64,000 bases of DNA from Escherichia coli (GCF_003790525.1 NZ_CP033635.1), one strand, 5' to 3'. Counted from the stretch's first letter, positions 43,498-60,004 are shown. Made by a program: numbers and translations. The notes: generated by a model not told the origin, from the sequence alone.

Positions 43498-43745
43498 GCA
43501 AAGAAAAAAGGCGACAGATTACTCTGTCGCCTTTTTTCCTGACTCATAACCCTTAACGGGTCTTACAATCCTTGCAGGCCGCCAACACACCCTGTTTTTC
43601 CATTAGCCGGAACAATCCGTGTTGATTCCATTTCCGTTTAATTACGTCTCCGGACGTTTGTCTTCCTGACAATCCTCTGTCTTCGCCTCCTGGCGCTCCT
43701 GACCCTCATCCTGAGTCATTGTTCCTGTTAGCGTCCTCGCTCTAT
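43498..43745 (-). ncRNA. csrC: CsrC sRNA (CsrA-sequestering RNA)
   Basis: Reverse complement reads ATAGAGCGAGGACGCTAACAGGAACAATGACTCAGGATGAGGGTCAGGAGCGCCAGGAGG... with many GGA/AGGA motifs. It ends in the terminator AAAAAAGGCGACAGAGTAATCTGTCGCCTTTTTTCTTTGC. Lies between yihI and engB as in K-12. Confidence 0.85.
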
Positions 43746-44015
43746 GGGTGCTACTTTACGCCTTTGCTTTAAACAAACAATCAACCGCCATCAGTATTTG
43801 CACATTTTCAGAGTTTTATATAAAAGCAATTAACTGATTTATATAGCTTATTTGACATGCGTCGCAGAATTTTCTCTGCTATTTCGCATAAAGACTATCG
43901 GCAATGTCTCACAAAGCGTATGGCTTTTACTTACAACGCTCACGCCGAAAAATCCGCCTTTTATTATGGTTCAGGTATAATCGCCGCAAAGCTTTGACTG
44001 ACGGAGACGACCGCT

Positions 44016-44648
44016 TTGACTAATTTGAATTATCAACAGACGCATTTTGTGATGAGTGCGCCTGATATTCGCCACCTACCTTCCGATACCGGAATTGAAG
44101 TGGCTTTTGCAGGCCGTTCCAACGCAGGTAAATCCAGCGCGCTGAACACGCTGACTAACCAGAAAAGCCTGGCGCGGACCTCAAAAACCCCAGGGCGCAC
44201 CCAGCTTATCAACCTGTTTGAAGTGGCTGACGGCAAGCGTCTGGTTGACTTGCCTGGGTACGGTTATGCGGAAGTCCCGGAAGAGATGAAGCGCAAATGG
44301 CAGCGCGCGCTCGGCGAGTACCTCGAAAAACGTCAGAGCCTGCAAGGTCTGGTGGTGCTAATGGATATTCGCCATCCGCTGAAAGATTTGGATCAGCAGA
44401 TGATTGAGTGGGCGGTAGACAGCAATATCGCCGTGCTGGTGCTGCTGACCAAAGCGGACAAACTGGCAAGCGGCGCACGTAAAGCGCAATTGAATATGGT
44501 GCGTGAAGCGGTGCTGGCGTTTAACGGTGATGTGCAGGTTGAAACCTTCTCTTCACTGAAGAAACAAGGCGTGGACAAGCTGCGGCAGAAACTGGATACC
44601 TGGTTTAGCGAGATGCAGCCTGTAGAAGAAACGCAGGACGGCGAATAA
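44016..44648 (+). CDS. engB: Ribosome-biogenesis GTPase EngB (YihA)
   Basis: 210 aa, TTG start, G1 GRSNAGKSS. Confidence 0.95.
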
Positions 44649-44654
44649 TTTTCT

Positions 44655-44760
44655 TGCCTTAATGCTTGTGCCGGATGTGGCGTATCCGGCCCGTAAATTC
44701 AATAGATTACACTTCTACCGTTGGCCTGATAAACATGGCGCATCAGGCATTACGGATCTT
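44655..44760. repeat. REP element pair
   Basis: gtgccggatgtggcgtatccggcc ... gttggcctgataaacatggcgcatcaggc. Confidence 0.75.
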
Positions 44761-44773
44761 TTCTTTCGCCCAA

Positions 44774-44882
44774 TAAAAAACGCCCCAGTCATTACTGACT
44801 GGGGCGGCTAAAATATTCAGCCAAATCCGATTACGTGAAGTAAAAGGTCTGAAAGATAGAACATCTTACCTCTGTACCCTAC
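44774..44882 (-). ncRNA. spf: Spot 42 sRNA
   Basis: Reverse complement equals GTAGGGTACAGAGGTAAGATGTTCTATCTTTCAGACCTTTTACTTCACGTAATCGGATTTGGCTGAATATTTTAGCCGCCCCAGTCAGTAATGACTGGGGCGTTTTTTA (109 nt). Confidence 0.95.
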
Positions 44883-45029
44883 GCGACTAACTTTACTCTT
44901 TTTTGTTCAGTTCAGAAAGCACTTTTTGTAATTTTTTTTCAGTTGTTGCATAGGAATTTCTAATAGCCATCACAAAACGTGACAGCTTATGTTGCTTACT
45001 TACGAAAAAAGGGCATGTTCAGGCGAATC

Positions 45030-47816
45030 TTAGTGCGCCTGATCCCAGTTTTCGCCACTCCCCACTTCCACCAGCAACGGCACATCCAGACGGGTACAGT
45101 TTTCCATCAGTTGATGAATCTGCTTCGCGACGGCATCGACATCATCTTTATGAACTTCAAATACCAGTTCATCGTGTACCTGCATGATCATACGTACACG
45201 CGGTTGCTCAGCCTGTAGCCACGCATCAACGGCAATCATCGCCCGTTTGATAATGTCGGCGGCGGTTCCCTGCATTGGCGCGTTAATGGCTGCACGTTCA
45301 GCCGCTGCACGACGAGCACCATTGCTGGATTTGATATCCGGCAGATACAGACGGCGTCCGTCCAGCGTTTCAACGTAGCCCTGCTCTTTCGCCTGAGCAC
45401 GGGTGCGTTCCATATACTCCAGCACGCCAGGGTAGCGTTCGAAGTAAAGGTCCATGTACTTCTGCGCTTCTTTACGTGGAATGTTCAATTGCCGCGCCAG
45501 GCCGAAAGCACTCATGCCATAAATCAGACCAAAGTTGATCGCTTTCGCGCTACGGCGTTGCTCGCTGGTGACGGTTTCCAGTGGCAAACCAAACACTTCT
45601 GCCGCCGTTGCACGGTGGATATCTTTTCCTTCCGCGAATGCGGTCAGCAAGCCTTTGTCACGCGAGAGATGCGCCATAATGCGCAGTTCAATCTGCGAGT
45701 AGTCCGCCGAGACAATCACATAATCCTCTGGCGCAATAAACGCCTGGCGGATACGACGACCTTCTTCATTACGCACCGGAATGTTTTGCAGGTTAGGATC
45801 GGTTGACGATAAACGTCCCGTTGCGGTTACTGCCTGGTGATAAGAGGTATGTACACGCCCGGTTTTCGGGTTGATCATCAACGGCAGCTTGTCGGTGTAG
45901 GTCGATTTCAGCTTCGCCAGACCACGATACTCCAGAATCACTTTTGGCAACGGATAGTCCAGCGCCAGTTCTTCCAGTACCTCTTCCGACGTTGACGGCG
46001 CGCCACCCGGCGTTTTCTTCAGCGGTTTAATGCCCTGTTTTTCAAACAGAATGGTTTGTAACTGCTTGGTGGAAGAAAGGTTAAATTCTTCACCTGCAAT
46101 TTCATGCGCTTTCTTTTCCAGCTCAGCCAGACGCAAGGTGAGCTCTTCAGAGTGATTGTGCAGCACTTTCGGATCGATCTTCACACCGTTACGTTCAATG
46201 CGTGAAAGCACCGGCACCAGCGGCATTTCGATATTCTCGAAGACGTTCAACGGCCCTTTGTGTTTTTGCAGATCCGGCCACATTTTCAGATGCAACTGCA
46301 AGGTGACATCTGCATCTTCGGCGGCGTAACGTCCGGCTTCTTCGAGGGCAATCTGGTTAAAGGTCAGTTGATTTTTGCCTTTACCCGCAATCTCTTCAAA
46401 AGTGATGGTTTTGTGCTTCAACCAACGTTCCGCGAGGCTGTCCATATCGTGACGCCCGGCAACGCTATTGAGAATGTAGGACTCCAGCATGGTATCAAAC
46501 GCAATCCCACGCAGCTCAATTCCGTAATTCGCCAGAATACCGCGGTCGTATTTCAGGTTTTGCCCGACCTTCAGCGCCTTTTCATTTTCCAGCAGCGGTT
46601 TTAGCAACTCGAGTGCACGCTCGCGAGAGATTTGATCGGGCGCATCAAGATAATCATGAGCAACCGGAATATATGCCGCTACGCCTGGCTCGATAGCAAA
46701 AGAAAGCCCGACCAGGTTAGCAGAGATGTTATCAAGGCTGTCGGTTTCGGTATCAAATGCAAATACCGGCGCTTTTTCCAGCTTCGCAATCCACGTTTTC
46801 AGTGTTTCTTCATCAAGGATGGTGACGTAGTTGTCATAAGAAATCACCGTTGCCGTCACTTCTGGCGCTTCGTCTGCAACACTGGTTTCCTGCGGCCTGG
46901 CTGCGGGTTTCGCCCCTTTAGCCTGTAACCATTTGCCCGCTTCGACATCAGCAGTCCAGCGTTTGAACTCATACTTTTTGAACAGCCCCAACAACTCTTC
47001 CGCCGCCGGTGGCTGCACTTCCAGTTGTTCACAGGTCAGCTCCAGTTCAACGTCGGTTTTAATCGTCGCCAGCTGGTATGAGAGATAAGCAACTTCTTTG
47101 TTTTGCTCGAGCTTCGCTGCCATTGTTTTCGCGCCACGGAAGCTCAACCCAGCAATTTTTTCTGGCTCGGCATACAGCGTATCCAGTCCGCCAAGACCTT
47201 GCAGCAATGCCTGCGCGGTTTTTTCACCGACGCCCGGTACGCCAGGAATGTTATCAGAGGAGTCACCCATCAGCGCCAGGAAATCGATGATCAGTTCTGG
47301 CGGCACGCCGTACTTATTCACCACCTCTTCCGGGCCGAGGATGGTATTCGTCATGGTATTGATAAGCGTAATATTTGGCGTCACCAGCTGCGCCATATCT
47401 TTATCGCCAGTGCTGATAAGCACCGGACGCCCGGCTTTTTCGGCTTCGCGCGCCAGAGTACCGATAACGTCGTCCGCTTCTACGCCAGAAACCGCCAGCA
47501 GCGGCAGTCCCATCGCTTTAACCATCGCGTGCAGAGGTTCGATTTGTGCTCGCAGATCGTCCGGCATTGGCGGGCGATGTGATTTGTAATGTTCAAACAG
47601 TTCATCACGAAAGGTTTTTCCCTTGGCGTCAAAGACCACCGCTGCATGCGTCGGTTTATATTGCATGATCAGACTGCGCAGCATGTTGAGGACACCATAC
47701 ATCGCACCAGTCGGCTCGCCTGCGCTGTTAGTCAGCGGGGGAAACGCGTGATATGCGCGATAAAGATAAGATGAACCATCTACAAGGATAAGTGGATTTT
47801 GGGGGATCTGAACCAT
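45030..47816 (-). CDS. polA: DNA polymerase I
   Basis: 928 aa with 5'-3' exo, 3'-5' exo and polymerase domains (motif A DYSQIELR, motif C VHDE). Confidence 0.98.
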   Translation of the reverse strand: MVQIPQNPLILVDGSSYLYRAYHAFPPLTNSAGEPTGAMYGVLNMLRSLIMQYKPTHAAVVFDAKGKTFRDELFEHYKSHRPPMPDDLRAQIEPLHAMVKAMGLPLLAVSGVEADDVIGTLAREAEKAGRPVLISTGDKDMAQLVTPNITLINTMTNTILGPEEVVNKYGVPPELIIDFLALMGDSSDNIPGVPGVGEKTAQALLQGLGGLDTLYAEPEKIAGLSFRGAKTMAAKLEQNKEVAYLSYQLATIKTDVELELTCEQLEVQPPAAEELLGLFKKYEFKRWTADVEAGKWLQAKGAKPAARPQETSVADEAPEVTATVISYDNYVTILDEETLKTWIAKLEKAPVFAFDTETDSLDNISANLVGLSFAIEPGVAAYIPVAHDYLDAPDQISRERALELLKPLLENEKALKVGQNLKYDRGILANYGIELRGIAFDTMLESYILNSVAGRHDMDSLAERWLKHKTITFEEIAGKGKNQLTFNQIALEEAGRYAAEDADVTLQLHLKMWPDLQKHKGPLNVFENIEMPLVPVLSRIERNGVKIDPKVLHNHSEELTLRLAELEKKAHEIAGEEFNLSSTKQLQTILFEKQGIKPLKKTPGGAPSTSEEVLEELALDYPLPKVILEYRGLAKLKSTYTDKLPLMINPKTGRVHTSYHQAVTATGRLSSTDPNLQNIPVRNEEGRRIRQAFIAPEDYVIVSADYSQIELRIMAHLSRDKGLLTAFAEGKDIHRATAAEVFGLPLETVTSEQRRSAKAINFGLIYGMSAFGLARQLNIPRKEAQKYMDLYFERYPGVLEYMERTRAQAKEQGYVETLDGRRLYLPDIKSSNGARRAAAERAAINAPMQGTAADIIKRAMIAVDAWLQAEQPRVRMIMQVHDELVFEVHKDDVDAVAKQIHQLMENCTRLDVPLLVEVGSGENWDQAH

Positions 47817-47939
47817 AATGTCCGTGCCTGTTTATCAGATTATGGGTAAAGGATGCCACAGACAGGATGAAAACATGAGTTTTTCACCGCTTTTCGTGAA
47901 AATCTTTTGTAGATCTTCTGGATCGCTCGCAAATCGTCA

Positions 47940-47948
47940 TGTGGATAA
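47940..47948 (-). promoter_or_regulatory. Consensus DnaA box in the polA promoter region
   Basis: tgtggataa on the + strand equals TTATCCACA on the polA strand, about 125 nt upstream of the polA ATG. Confidence 0.5.
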
Positions 47949-48176
47949 CTTTGTGCATAAATTATTTACATCACTTTTAATTTATTATCATGCTTTTTAC
48001 AGCATGATGTTTATCTTTGTTTTTCATGCAGTTAAAAATAAAGCCATCCCTAATAATTGAGATAATGGGATTTTTTCTAATGTGGATAGATATGAATTAT
48101 TTTTCTCCTTAAGGATCATCCGTTATTTGGGTCGTTTTCTGCTAAAATCTGCGCCTTGCGCTTCTTTAGCGCACTG

Positions 48177-49112
48177 TCTATGGCTAACCTTTTGAATAAA
48201 TTCATTATGACGAGAATACTCGCTGCGATAACCCTTTTGCTGAGTATCGTATTGACCATTTTGGTCACTATTTTTTGTTCCGTCCCGATCATCATTGCCG
48301 GGATTGTAAAACTATTGCTACCTGTGCCAGTCATTTGGCGAAAGGTTTCGCGTTTTTGTGATTTTATGATGTATTGCTGGTGTGAAGGTCTGGCGGTATT
48401 ACTGCATCTGAACCCACACCTGCAATGGGAAGTTCACGGGCTGGAAGGGTTAAGTAAGAAGAACTGGTATCTGCTTATTTGTAACCACCGTAGTTGGGCA
48501 GATATTGTCGTACTGTGCGTGCTGTTTCGTAAGCACATTCCGATGAATAAATATTTCCTCAAGCAACAGCTGGCCTGGGTGCCATTTCTTGGCCTGGCGT
48601 GCTGGGCGCTGGATATGCCGTTTATGAAGCGTTATTCCCGCGCTTATTTATTACGTCATCCGGAGCGACGTGGTAAAGATGTTGAAACCACTCGGCGTTC
48701 TTGTGAAAAGTTTCGCCTGCATCCCACCACCATTGTCAATTTCGTTGAAGGCTCCCGTTTCACGCAAGAAAAACATCAGCAAACCCACTCCACTTTTCAA
48801 AACTTGTTGCCACCAAAGGCGGCAGGCATTGCGATGGCGCTAAATGTACTGGGTAAACAATTCGATAAACTGCTTAATGTTACGCTGTGTTATCCGGACA
48901 ATAACCGTCAGCCGTTCTTCGATATGTTAAGCGGTAAACTGACGCGAATTGTCGTACATGTGGATTTGCAGCCTATTTCCGATGAGTTACATGGCGACTA
49001 CATCAATGACAAAAGCTTTAAGCGCCATTTTCAGCAATGGCTGAACTCACTGTGGCAGGAAAAAGACCGGCTTCTGACGTCGTTGATGTCATCACAGCGG
49101 CAGGACAAGTAA
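48177..49112 (+). CDS. yihG: Lysophospholipid/glycerol-3-phosphate acyltransferase family inner-membrane protein YihG
   Basis: About 311 aa from [14 protein letters not shown]. PlsC-type HxxxxD motif CNHRSWAD. Confidence 0.9.
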   Translation, partial: SMANLLNKFIMTRILAAITLLLSIVLTILVTIFCSVPIIIAGIVKLLLPVPVIWRKVSRFCDFMMYCWCEGLAVLLHLNPHLQWEVHGLEGLSKKNWYLLICNHRSWADIVVLCVLFRKHIPMNKYFLKQQLAWVPFLGLACWALDMPFMKRYSRAYLLRHPERRGKDVETTRRSCEKFRLHPTTIVNFVEGSRFTQEKHQQTHSTFQNLLPPKAAGIAMALNVLGKQFDKLLNVTLCYPDNNRQPFFDMLSGKLTRIVVHVDLQPISDELHGDYINDKSFKRHFQQWLNSLWQEKDRLLTSLMSSQRQDK

Positions 49113-49152
49113 GTTTTACTCGCCTCTGAATGAGCAGAGGCGAGTGAGTATT

Positions 49153-50582
49153 TTAATGAACAAAACGTCCGGCACGAGACATAAATTCTTCTTCGCTCAT
49201 CTCCTGTCCGTTAAAAACAACTTTACCCGGTGTATAACGCAGCTGCAGCGAGGCGGTATTGTTGTCAATCGTGATTAACTGAAACATCTGACCTAATGTC
49301 ATCATCCCGCTGATTTGTTTATCAGCCTGCTTTTGCGCTTTTTCCGCATCCATTCCTTCAGATAAATTAAGCTGTTTTGCGGTTTCTGTGACGACATTAA
49401 GCGGTAACTTCACATCAAAATTGAGCGATTTAATATCTTTGTTTGTGGATGATGAAGATTTGGCGGGGTCGGCAATACTGATATCCAGATTGGCATTTAG
49501 TTCGCCGAGTGCGTTCTTCCATCTTACCGGTTGTTTAATGGTCGGCTCACTTTTTTGTAATAACGGTAAATACTCTTTGAACAATGCAGCATTCACTTCT
49601 TGCAGAGCAACTTCATCGTTTGCTAACTCAGGGTGTGCAGCAAGCTGCTTCTGCATCGCAATGTTATACTGGATGATAAATTGGCGCACCGCTGAGGGAT
49701 CAATAGATTCAGCAATCAATGACCACTCACCACTACCGAGTTGCTGATTCCCTTTTATTAACTTATCAAGTTCGTAGGTCAGATTGACATTGATATAATC
49801 TTTGTCTTTAACGCGATCCAGCCTGGTTTTTGCAACGAAAGCATCGATTTGGGCAACGACTTCCCCCTGGTTGATAATATTAACCTGATTAAATTTCGAC
49901 TCGCTTTCACCAACCGGAAATTTCTTTTCTTCTAATCGTGTCAGAGAATCAAAGGTAAAAATTTTCGCCGTTACTTTGTTCATTGGTGAAAATTGCAGAA
50001 CAATATCTTCGACTTTGCCTTCAATATCCAGGTTAGACAATGAACTACCATCACCATTAAAAGTAAACTGGCCCTTACCAAAGGAAAACTTTCCATACTC
50101 TGCAGGGGCAACATCTAATGTCGTGGAGAATGAGCCACCAAACGCGAACCTCAATGTCGCTTCCACGGGCGATTTATTTTTCGCGGCGATAAATAGCGGT
50201 TGTGTCAGTTCATTATTCACTAAGTTCACTTTTGCCGCTGCCAGTGCCGGGATGACATTACCATGCATTAACATTGTGATGGGCAACGGACCGTGCTCAA
50301 CATCCACATCAAATGCAACTTTCTGGCCTGGCTTGATATTGAGATCGGGTGCACCGTTATCAAATGTTATTTGCATTTGAAAATGAGAATTAAAAAAGCC
50401 TTTGTCAAAGTTTTTATAACTTAACGTCATATCGTAGGCATGTTCACCTTTTTTTTAGCATCGTTAAAATCTTTAATAAACTTTTCGACACCAGGCTGAA
50501 TTTGCGTACCTGTGTACCATGTGCCACCACCCCAGATTACGGCTAACGCAACAATAACACCTGTAGCTGACTTACGTATCAT
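49153..50582 (-). pseudogene. yihF: yihF (DUF945 family) disrupted by a -1 frameshift in an A8 run at 50448-50455
   Basis: Track ORFs 50427-50624 (..FNDAKKKVNMPTI*) and 49153-50430 (MTLSYKNFDKGFF..) are in adjacent frames and overlap as ATGA. Inserting one A in gctAAAAAAAAgg gives a continuous 476-aa YihF (..DAKKKGEHAYDMTLSYKNF..). Confidence 0.7.
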
Positions 50583-50692
50583 ATAAATATTCCCTGATAA
50601 AACAGCAAAACTTTGAATATCCACTTATGCTGAAATAATGTCCAGCGGCAGGACGCATTATCAGAATGTATTTATATTTATTAAATAATAAA

Positions 50693-50722
50693 AAAAGCCC
50701 GTGAATATTCACGGGCTTTATG
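50693..50722 (-). terminator. dsbA rho-independent terminator
   Basis: aaagcccgtgaatattcacgggcttt hairpin with a U-run on the minus strand, immediately downstream of the dsbA stop. Confidence 0.75.
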
Positions 50723-50736
50723 TAATTTACATTGAA

Positions 50737-51363
50737 TTATTTTTTCTCGGACAGATATTTCACCGTATCAGCATACTGCTGAACAAAAACTTCCATATTG
50801 CTGGTATCCATACCCTGCGGATTCAGCTGATATTTACCGTTAACAAACATCGCCGGAACGCCACGCAATTGCACGTCAGCTGCAGCTTTTTCCTGCTGAG
50901 CGACCAGGGATTTCACCACGAAGCTGTTCCACGCCGCGTCGTACTCTTCACCTTTAATACCTGCGTTGATAAATACATCGCGGATATCAGATGCTGAACG
51001 AATGGTCTGGGTTTTCTGTACGCCTTCAAACAGCGGAACAGTGACTTTGTCTTCCACGCCCAGTGCCATCGCCACTGCCCATGCCTGAGTCAGATCTTTG
51101 CCCAGGTCACCACCCATGAAGTTGACGTGGTATTTAGTCATCTTCACGCCTTCCGGCAGTTTTTTCTTCACGTTATCAGAAATATGCAGAACTTCTTCAA
51201 ACTGATAGCAGTGCGGGCAGAAGAAAGAGAAAAACTCCAGCACTTGCGGCGCGCCAGCTACCGGTTTTTCCAGGGTAGTGTACTGTTTACCATCTTCATA
51301 CTGCGCCGCCGATGCGCTAAACGCTAAAACTAAACCAGCCAGCGCCAGCCAAATCTTTTTCAT
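50737..51363 (-). CDS. dsbA: Periplasmic thiol:disulfide oxidoreductase DsbA
   Basis: 208 aa with signal peptide and active site CPHC. Confidence 0.98.
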   Translation of the reverse strand: MKKIWLALAGLVLAFSASAAQYEDGKQYTTLEKPVAGAPQVLEFFSFFCPHCYQFEEVLHISDNVKKKLPEGVKMTKYHVNFMGGDLGKDLTQAWAVAMALGVEDKVTVPLFEGVQKTQTIRSASDIRDVFINAGIKGEEYDAAWNSFVVKSLVAQQEKAAADVQLRGVPAMFVNGKYQLNPQGMDTSNMEVFVQQYADTVKYLSEKK

Positions 51364-51379
51364 GATCTACTCTCTCCGA

Positions 51380-52366
51380 TTAATACATAGGTGTTAATTG
51401 CAAAGGGGGTTCTTGTAGAACTTTTGCCTGTTCTATAAAAGTCGCCGTCTGTCGTAGCCAGTAATCTTCCCCGGTTAACCACGGGAAATTTTTCGGGAAC
51501 GCGGGATCAGCCCAACGCCGCATTAGCCAGGCAAGATAATAAACCAAACGCATGGCGCGTAAAGGTTCAATCAGTCCGATTTCAGCGGTGTCGAACTCGC
51601 TAAATTCTTCATAAGCCTCAATAATAGTTTCCAGTTGCATCCGCTGCTCGGCTTTATCGCCATTGAGCAACATCCACAAATCCTGAATAGCCGGACCATT
51701 ACGTGCATCATCCAGATCAACAAACATTGGACCATCGCGCCAGAGAATATTCCCAGCGTGGCAGTCTCCATGTAGCCGCAGAACGGTGAAATCTTCCCGC
51801 CAGTGTGCTGTAACGGCGGCGATCAGCTCATCTGTCGCTTTCAGAAATGCCGCTTTCAACCCGGAAGGTATCAGTGTAGCGTCCTCAAACAGCTTGCGAG
51901 GCTCAATGAGATATTCATTCAGACCGATGGTCGGGCGATGGATAAAAAGCTGTTTGCGCCCCGTCTGGTGCATACGCCCTAAATAACGCCCAACCGCTTC
52001 CATCTGATCGATATTATCAGCTTCGAACTGGCGACCACCGACGCTTGGAAAAACAGCGAAATAAAATCCCTGATGATTCAATAAAGTCTGACCGTTAAAG
52101 GCCACAGGTGCTGCGACCGGAACTTCATCATTTACCAACTGCAACGCAAATTGATGTTCTTCGAGGATTTGATCGGCTGCCCAACGTTCAGGACGATAAA
52201 ATTTGACGACAAAACGTCGACGATCTTCGTCCTGAAATTGATAGACACGGTTTTCATAGCTGTTAAGCGGGGTAAGACCGGAATCCACCCGGATCCCTTG
52301 CTCAAACAGAGCATCCATGATGGTATCCGGGTGTAGTGTCTGGAAAGTAAAAGCGCTGTTGTTCAT
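51380..52366 (-). CDS. srkA: Stress-response Ser/Thr kinase SrkA (YihE)
   Basis: 328 aa, aminoglycoside-phosphotransferase-like kinase fold (HGDCHAGNILW, DLDD). Confidence 0.9.
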   Translation of the reverse strand: MNNSAFTFQTLHPDTIMDALFEQGIRVDSGLTPLNSYENRVYQFQDEDRRRFVVKFYRPERWAADQILEEHQFALQLVNDEVPVAAPVAFNGQTLLNHQGFYFAVFPSVGGRQFEADNIDQMEAVGRYLGRMHQTGRKQLFIHRPTIGLNEYLIEPRKLFEDATLIPSGLKAAFLKATDELIAAVTAHWREDFTVLRLHGDCHAGNILWRDGPMFVDLDDARNGPAIQDLWMLLNGDKAEQRMQLETIIEAYEEFSEFDTAEIGLIEPLRAMRLVYYLAWLMRRWADPAFPKNFPWLTGEDYWLRQTATFIEQAKVLQEPPLQLTPMY

Positions 52367-52442
52367 CCCATCATCCGGAAAACATTACGAATGATGAAGG
52401 ATATCATTTCATGATGATTTTGGTGGCACCGCTTACAAGCTT

Positions 52443-52712
52443 TTACTCTTTAATTACACCACGTGCGCGTAATAGCGCCGTTTTGAAATCTTCTTCATAA
52501 TCTTTCTGCAAACCCGGGATCACCGCATCTTTCGCGGAATCACGCATTTTCAGGTGATAGATCAGAATGTCATCCGTCAAATCCGCCAGTTCGCCGTCAA
52601 AACCTGACTCTTTCGCCAGTTTCTGCAAAAATTGCAGCAGGTTAAGGTCTGGCTCTTTTTGCCAGGCTGGCTGGAGGAGTTCAATAACTTCATTCAGACG
52701 TTTACATTTCAT
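52443..52712 (-). CDS. yihD: Conserved small protein YihD (DUF1040)
   Basis: 89 aa from [22 protein letters not shown]. Confidence 0.8.
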
Positions 52713-52781
52713 AGTAATGCTCCTTACTCTTGAGACAGACACGTTAGCAGGGTCAATCCCACAATAAAAGAGGCGATATCG

Positions 52782-53366
52782 GTGAATCTGATGACGACGA
52801 TAACAGGCGTTGTGCTGGCGGGCGGTAAAGCCAGACGAATGGGCGGCGTAGATAAAGGATTGCTTGAATTAAACGGCAAACCATTATGGCAACATGTCGC
52901 TGACGCGCTTATGACGCAGCTCTCTCACGTCGTGGTTAATGCTAATCGTCATCAGGAAATCTATCAGGCAAGCGGTCTGAAAGTGATTGAAGATTCACTG
53001 GCGGATTACCCTGGCCCTCTGGCAGGAATGCTTTCAGTAATGCAGCAGGAAGCGGGTGAGTGGTTTTTGTTTTGCCCGTGCGATACGCCTTACATTCCCC
53101 ATGATTTAGCCTCCCGGCTTACTCATCAGCGCAAAGATGCGCCTGTCGTGTGGGTCCACGACGGTGAACGCGATCACCCGACTATTGCTCTGGTAAACCG
53201 CGCAATTGAGCCTTTATTACAAGAATATCTGCAAGCAGGAGAACGCCGGGTTATGGCATTTATGCGTCTGGCTGGCGGTCATGCGGTTGATTTCAGCGAT
53301 CGTAAAGAGGCATTTATAAACGTGAATACGCCAGAGGAGCTTGCCCGATGGCAGGAAAAACGATGA
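52782..53366 (+). CDS. mobA: Molybdenum cofactor guanylyltransferase MobA
   Basis: 194 aa, [16 protein letters not shown] motif. Confidence 0.95.
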
Positions 53367-53875
53367 TACCGTTACTCGCCTTTGCTGCATGGAGTGGCAC
53401 CGGAAAAACAACGCTGCTGAAAAAATTGATCCCGGCATTATGCGCCAGAGGGATCCGTCCGGGGCTGATTAAGCATACGCACCATGATATGGATGTTGAT
53501 AAGCCAGGCAAAGATAGCTATGAGCTGCGCAAGGCTGGCGCGGCACAAACCATCGTTGCCAGCCAGCAACGATGGGCCTTGATGACGGAAACACCAGGCG
53601 AAGAAGAGCTGGATCTACATTTTCTCGCAAGTCGAATGGATACCTCAAAGCTGGATTTGATTCTGGTCGAAGGGTTTAAGCATGAAGAGATCGCAAAGAT
53701 TGTGCTGTTTCGCGATGGAGCCGGACATCGACCGGAAGAATTAGTGATAGACAGGCATGTTATTGCTGTAGCCAGTGATGTGCCGCTTAATCTTGATGTC
53801 GCGTTACTGGATATTAATGATGTTGGGGGGCTGGCTGATTTTGTGGTGGAGTGGATGCAAAATCAGGACGGATAA
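53348..53875 (+). CDS. mobB: Molybdopterin-guanine dinucleotide biosynthesis adapter MobB
   Basis: P-loop GTGKTT. Overlaps mobA by 19 nt. The exact start is uncertain. Confidence 0.9.
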   Translation: MAGKTMIPLLAFAAWSGTGKTTLLKKLIPALCARGIRPGLIKHTHHDMDVDKPGKDSYELRKAGAAQTIVASQQRWALMTETPGEEELDLHFLASRMDTSKLDLILVEGFKHEEIAKIVLFRDGAGHRPEELVIDRHVIAVASDVPLNLDVALLDINDVGGLADFVVEWMQNQDG

Positions 53876-53904
53876 GCAAGAGTAGGCTGGATCAGACGCA
53901 GCCA

Positions 53905-53965
53905 GCGTCGCAGCCGGCCTTTTTCTGCACCAGCGCAAAAAGGCCATCCTTTTGGATGGCCTTTC
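53905..53965 (-). terminator. rrnA T1/T2 terminators (bidirectional with mobB)
   Basis: aaaggccatcc-tttt-ggatggccttt and gctgg..ccagc hairpins with U-runs, between the mobB stop and the 5S 3' end. Confidence 0.8.
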
Positions 53966-53975
53966 GCTTAATTTG

Positions 53976-54095
53976 ATGCCTGGCAGTTCCCTACTCTCGC
54001 ATGGGGAGACCCCACACTACCATCGGCGCTACGGCGTTTCACTTCTGAGTTCGGCATGGGGTCAGGTGGGACCACCGCGCTAAGGCCGCCAGGCA
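53976..54095 (-). rRNA. rrfA: 5S ribosomal RNA (rrnA)
   Basis: Reverse complement reads TGCCTGGCGGCC..GTAGGGAACTGCCAGGCAT, 120 nt. Confidence 0.97.
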
Positions 54096-54188
54096 AATTC
54101 TGTTTCATCAGACCGCTTCTGCGTTCTGATTTAATCTGTATCAGGCTGAAAATCTTCTCTCTTCCGCCAAAACATCTTCGGCGTTGTA

Positions 54189-57092
<2,904 letters not shown>

Positions 57093-57266
57093 TCACAACC
57101 CGAAGATGTTTCACTTCAGAGTTGCGAAAATTTGAGAGACTCACGAACAACTTTCGTTGTTCAGTGTTTCAATTTTCAGCTTGATCCAGATTTTTAAAGA
57201 GCAAAACTTCGCAGTGAACCTTTGCAGGTACACTCTGAAGTATTTTTTATTTAATCACTACAGAGA

Positions 57267-57342
57267 TGGTGGAGCTATGCGGGATCGAACCGCAGACCTC
57301 CTGCGTGCAAAGCAGGCGCTCTCCCAGCTGAGCTATAGCCCC
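57267..57342 (-). tRNA. alaT: tRNA-Ala (UGC) in the 16S-23S spacer
   Basis: Reverse complement equals GGGGCTATAGCTCAGCTGGGAGAGCGCCTGCTTTGCACGCAGGAGGTCTGCGGTTCGATCCCGCATAGCTCCACCA. Confidence 0.97.
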
Positions 57343-57384
57343 ATAACATGTAGTTAAAACCTCTTCAAATTTGCGATGCAAATT

Positions 57385-57461
<77 letters not shown>

Positions 57462-57529
57462 GTAGAGGTTTTACTGCTCATTTTCATCAGACAATCTGTG
57501 TGAGCACTGCAAAGCACAGTTCTTTAAGG

Positions 57530-59071
<1,542 letters not shown>

Positions 59072-59447
59072 AAAAGTTTGATGCTCAAAGAATTAAACTT
59101 CGTAATGAATTACGTGTTCACTCTTGAGACTTGGTATTCATTTTTCGTCTTGCGACGTTAAGAATCCGTATCTTCGAGTGCCCACACAGATTGTCTGATA
59201 AATTGTTAAAGAGCAGTGCCGCTTCGCTTTTTCTCAGCGGCGCGGGGTGTGCATAATACGCTTTCCCGCTACAGAGTCAAGCATTTTTTTGCTTTTCTCT
59301 GTTGAGATTCTCAGGAGAACCCCGCTGACGCGGCGGCGTGTTTGCCGTTGTTCCGTGTCAGTGGTGGCGCATTATAGGGAGTTATTCCGGCCTGACAAGA
59401 GGAAATTTAAAATAATTTTCCGACCGCGCATTTTTTATTCTTTATGC
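59072..59447 (-). promoter_or_regulatory. rrnA P1/P2 promoter-leader region (UP elements, boxA antiterminator leader)
   Basis: AT-rich upstream region with a tgctctttaacaatttatcaga leader on the minus strand. Position upstream of 16S as in rrn operons. Confidence 0.6.
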
Positions 59448-59993
59448 TTATTTCAGCGTCGGTTTGTCGGTTAAATGGGCGATTTCTCGGGCGAAATTCG
59501 CCACCTGCTCCCAATCGGTATAGACAACTTCTTTGCGCGTATCCGTTTCACCGCCTGACATCTTCATAATCAGTTTGATCATAAAGCGGTCGTACCAGCG
59601 ATAACGTGGGTAACGCAGCGCCCCGGCAATGACCGCGCAGCGATCGGGACGCCATTGTGAACTCATCAGGAACTTCCGCGCGTAGCTGTTGGTCTGTGGA
59701 GTACGCTTCTCAGGTTTACGCGCCACCAGGTTTACGGAGTAAAAGGCGCTCGGCATCGAATTCAGTCGCGTCGCATGCTTTTTGACAAATTCCTGGAACG
59801 CAGAGTGGTAGTGACCATAGCGAATAGAAGCACCAATGACCACACGGTCGTAGTTTTCCCACTGTGGTTCTTCAATGCGGTGCACATTGGCGACATCCGC
59901 CTGGATCCCCAGTTCTTTCAGTTCCGAAGCCAGGTAGGAGGCAATCTCGCGCGTTTGTCCGTCCCTTGTTGAGAAAAGAATTAATGTTTTCAC
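59448..59993 (-). CDS. hemG: Protoporphyrinogen IX dehydrogenase (flavodoxin-like) HemG
   Basis: 181 aa, [20 protein letters not shown] flavodoxin fold. Confidence 0.95.
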   Translation of the reverse strand: MKTLILFSTRDGQTREIASYLASELKELGIQADVANVHRIEEPQWENYDRVVIGASIRYGHYHSAFQEFVKKHATRLNSMPSAFYSVNLVARKPEKRTPQTNSYARKFLMSSQWRPDRCAVIAGALRYPRYRWYDRFMIKLIMKMSGGETDTRKEVVYTDWEQVANFAREIAHLTDKPTLK

Positions 59994-60004
59994 GTATTAC
60001 TCCA

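Noticed and set aside
50427-50624. 65-aa ORF treated as an independent small gene
   Set aside because: It is the frameshifted N-terminal fragment of yihF (see pseudogene call), not a separate gene.
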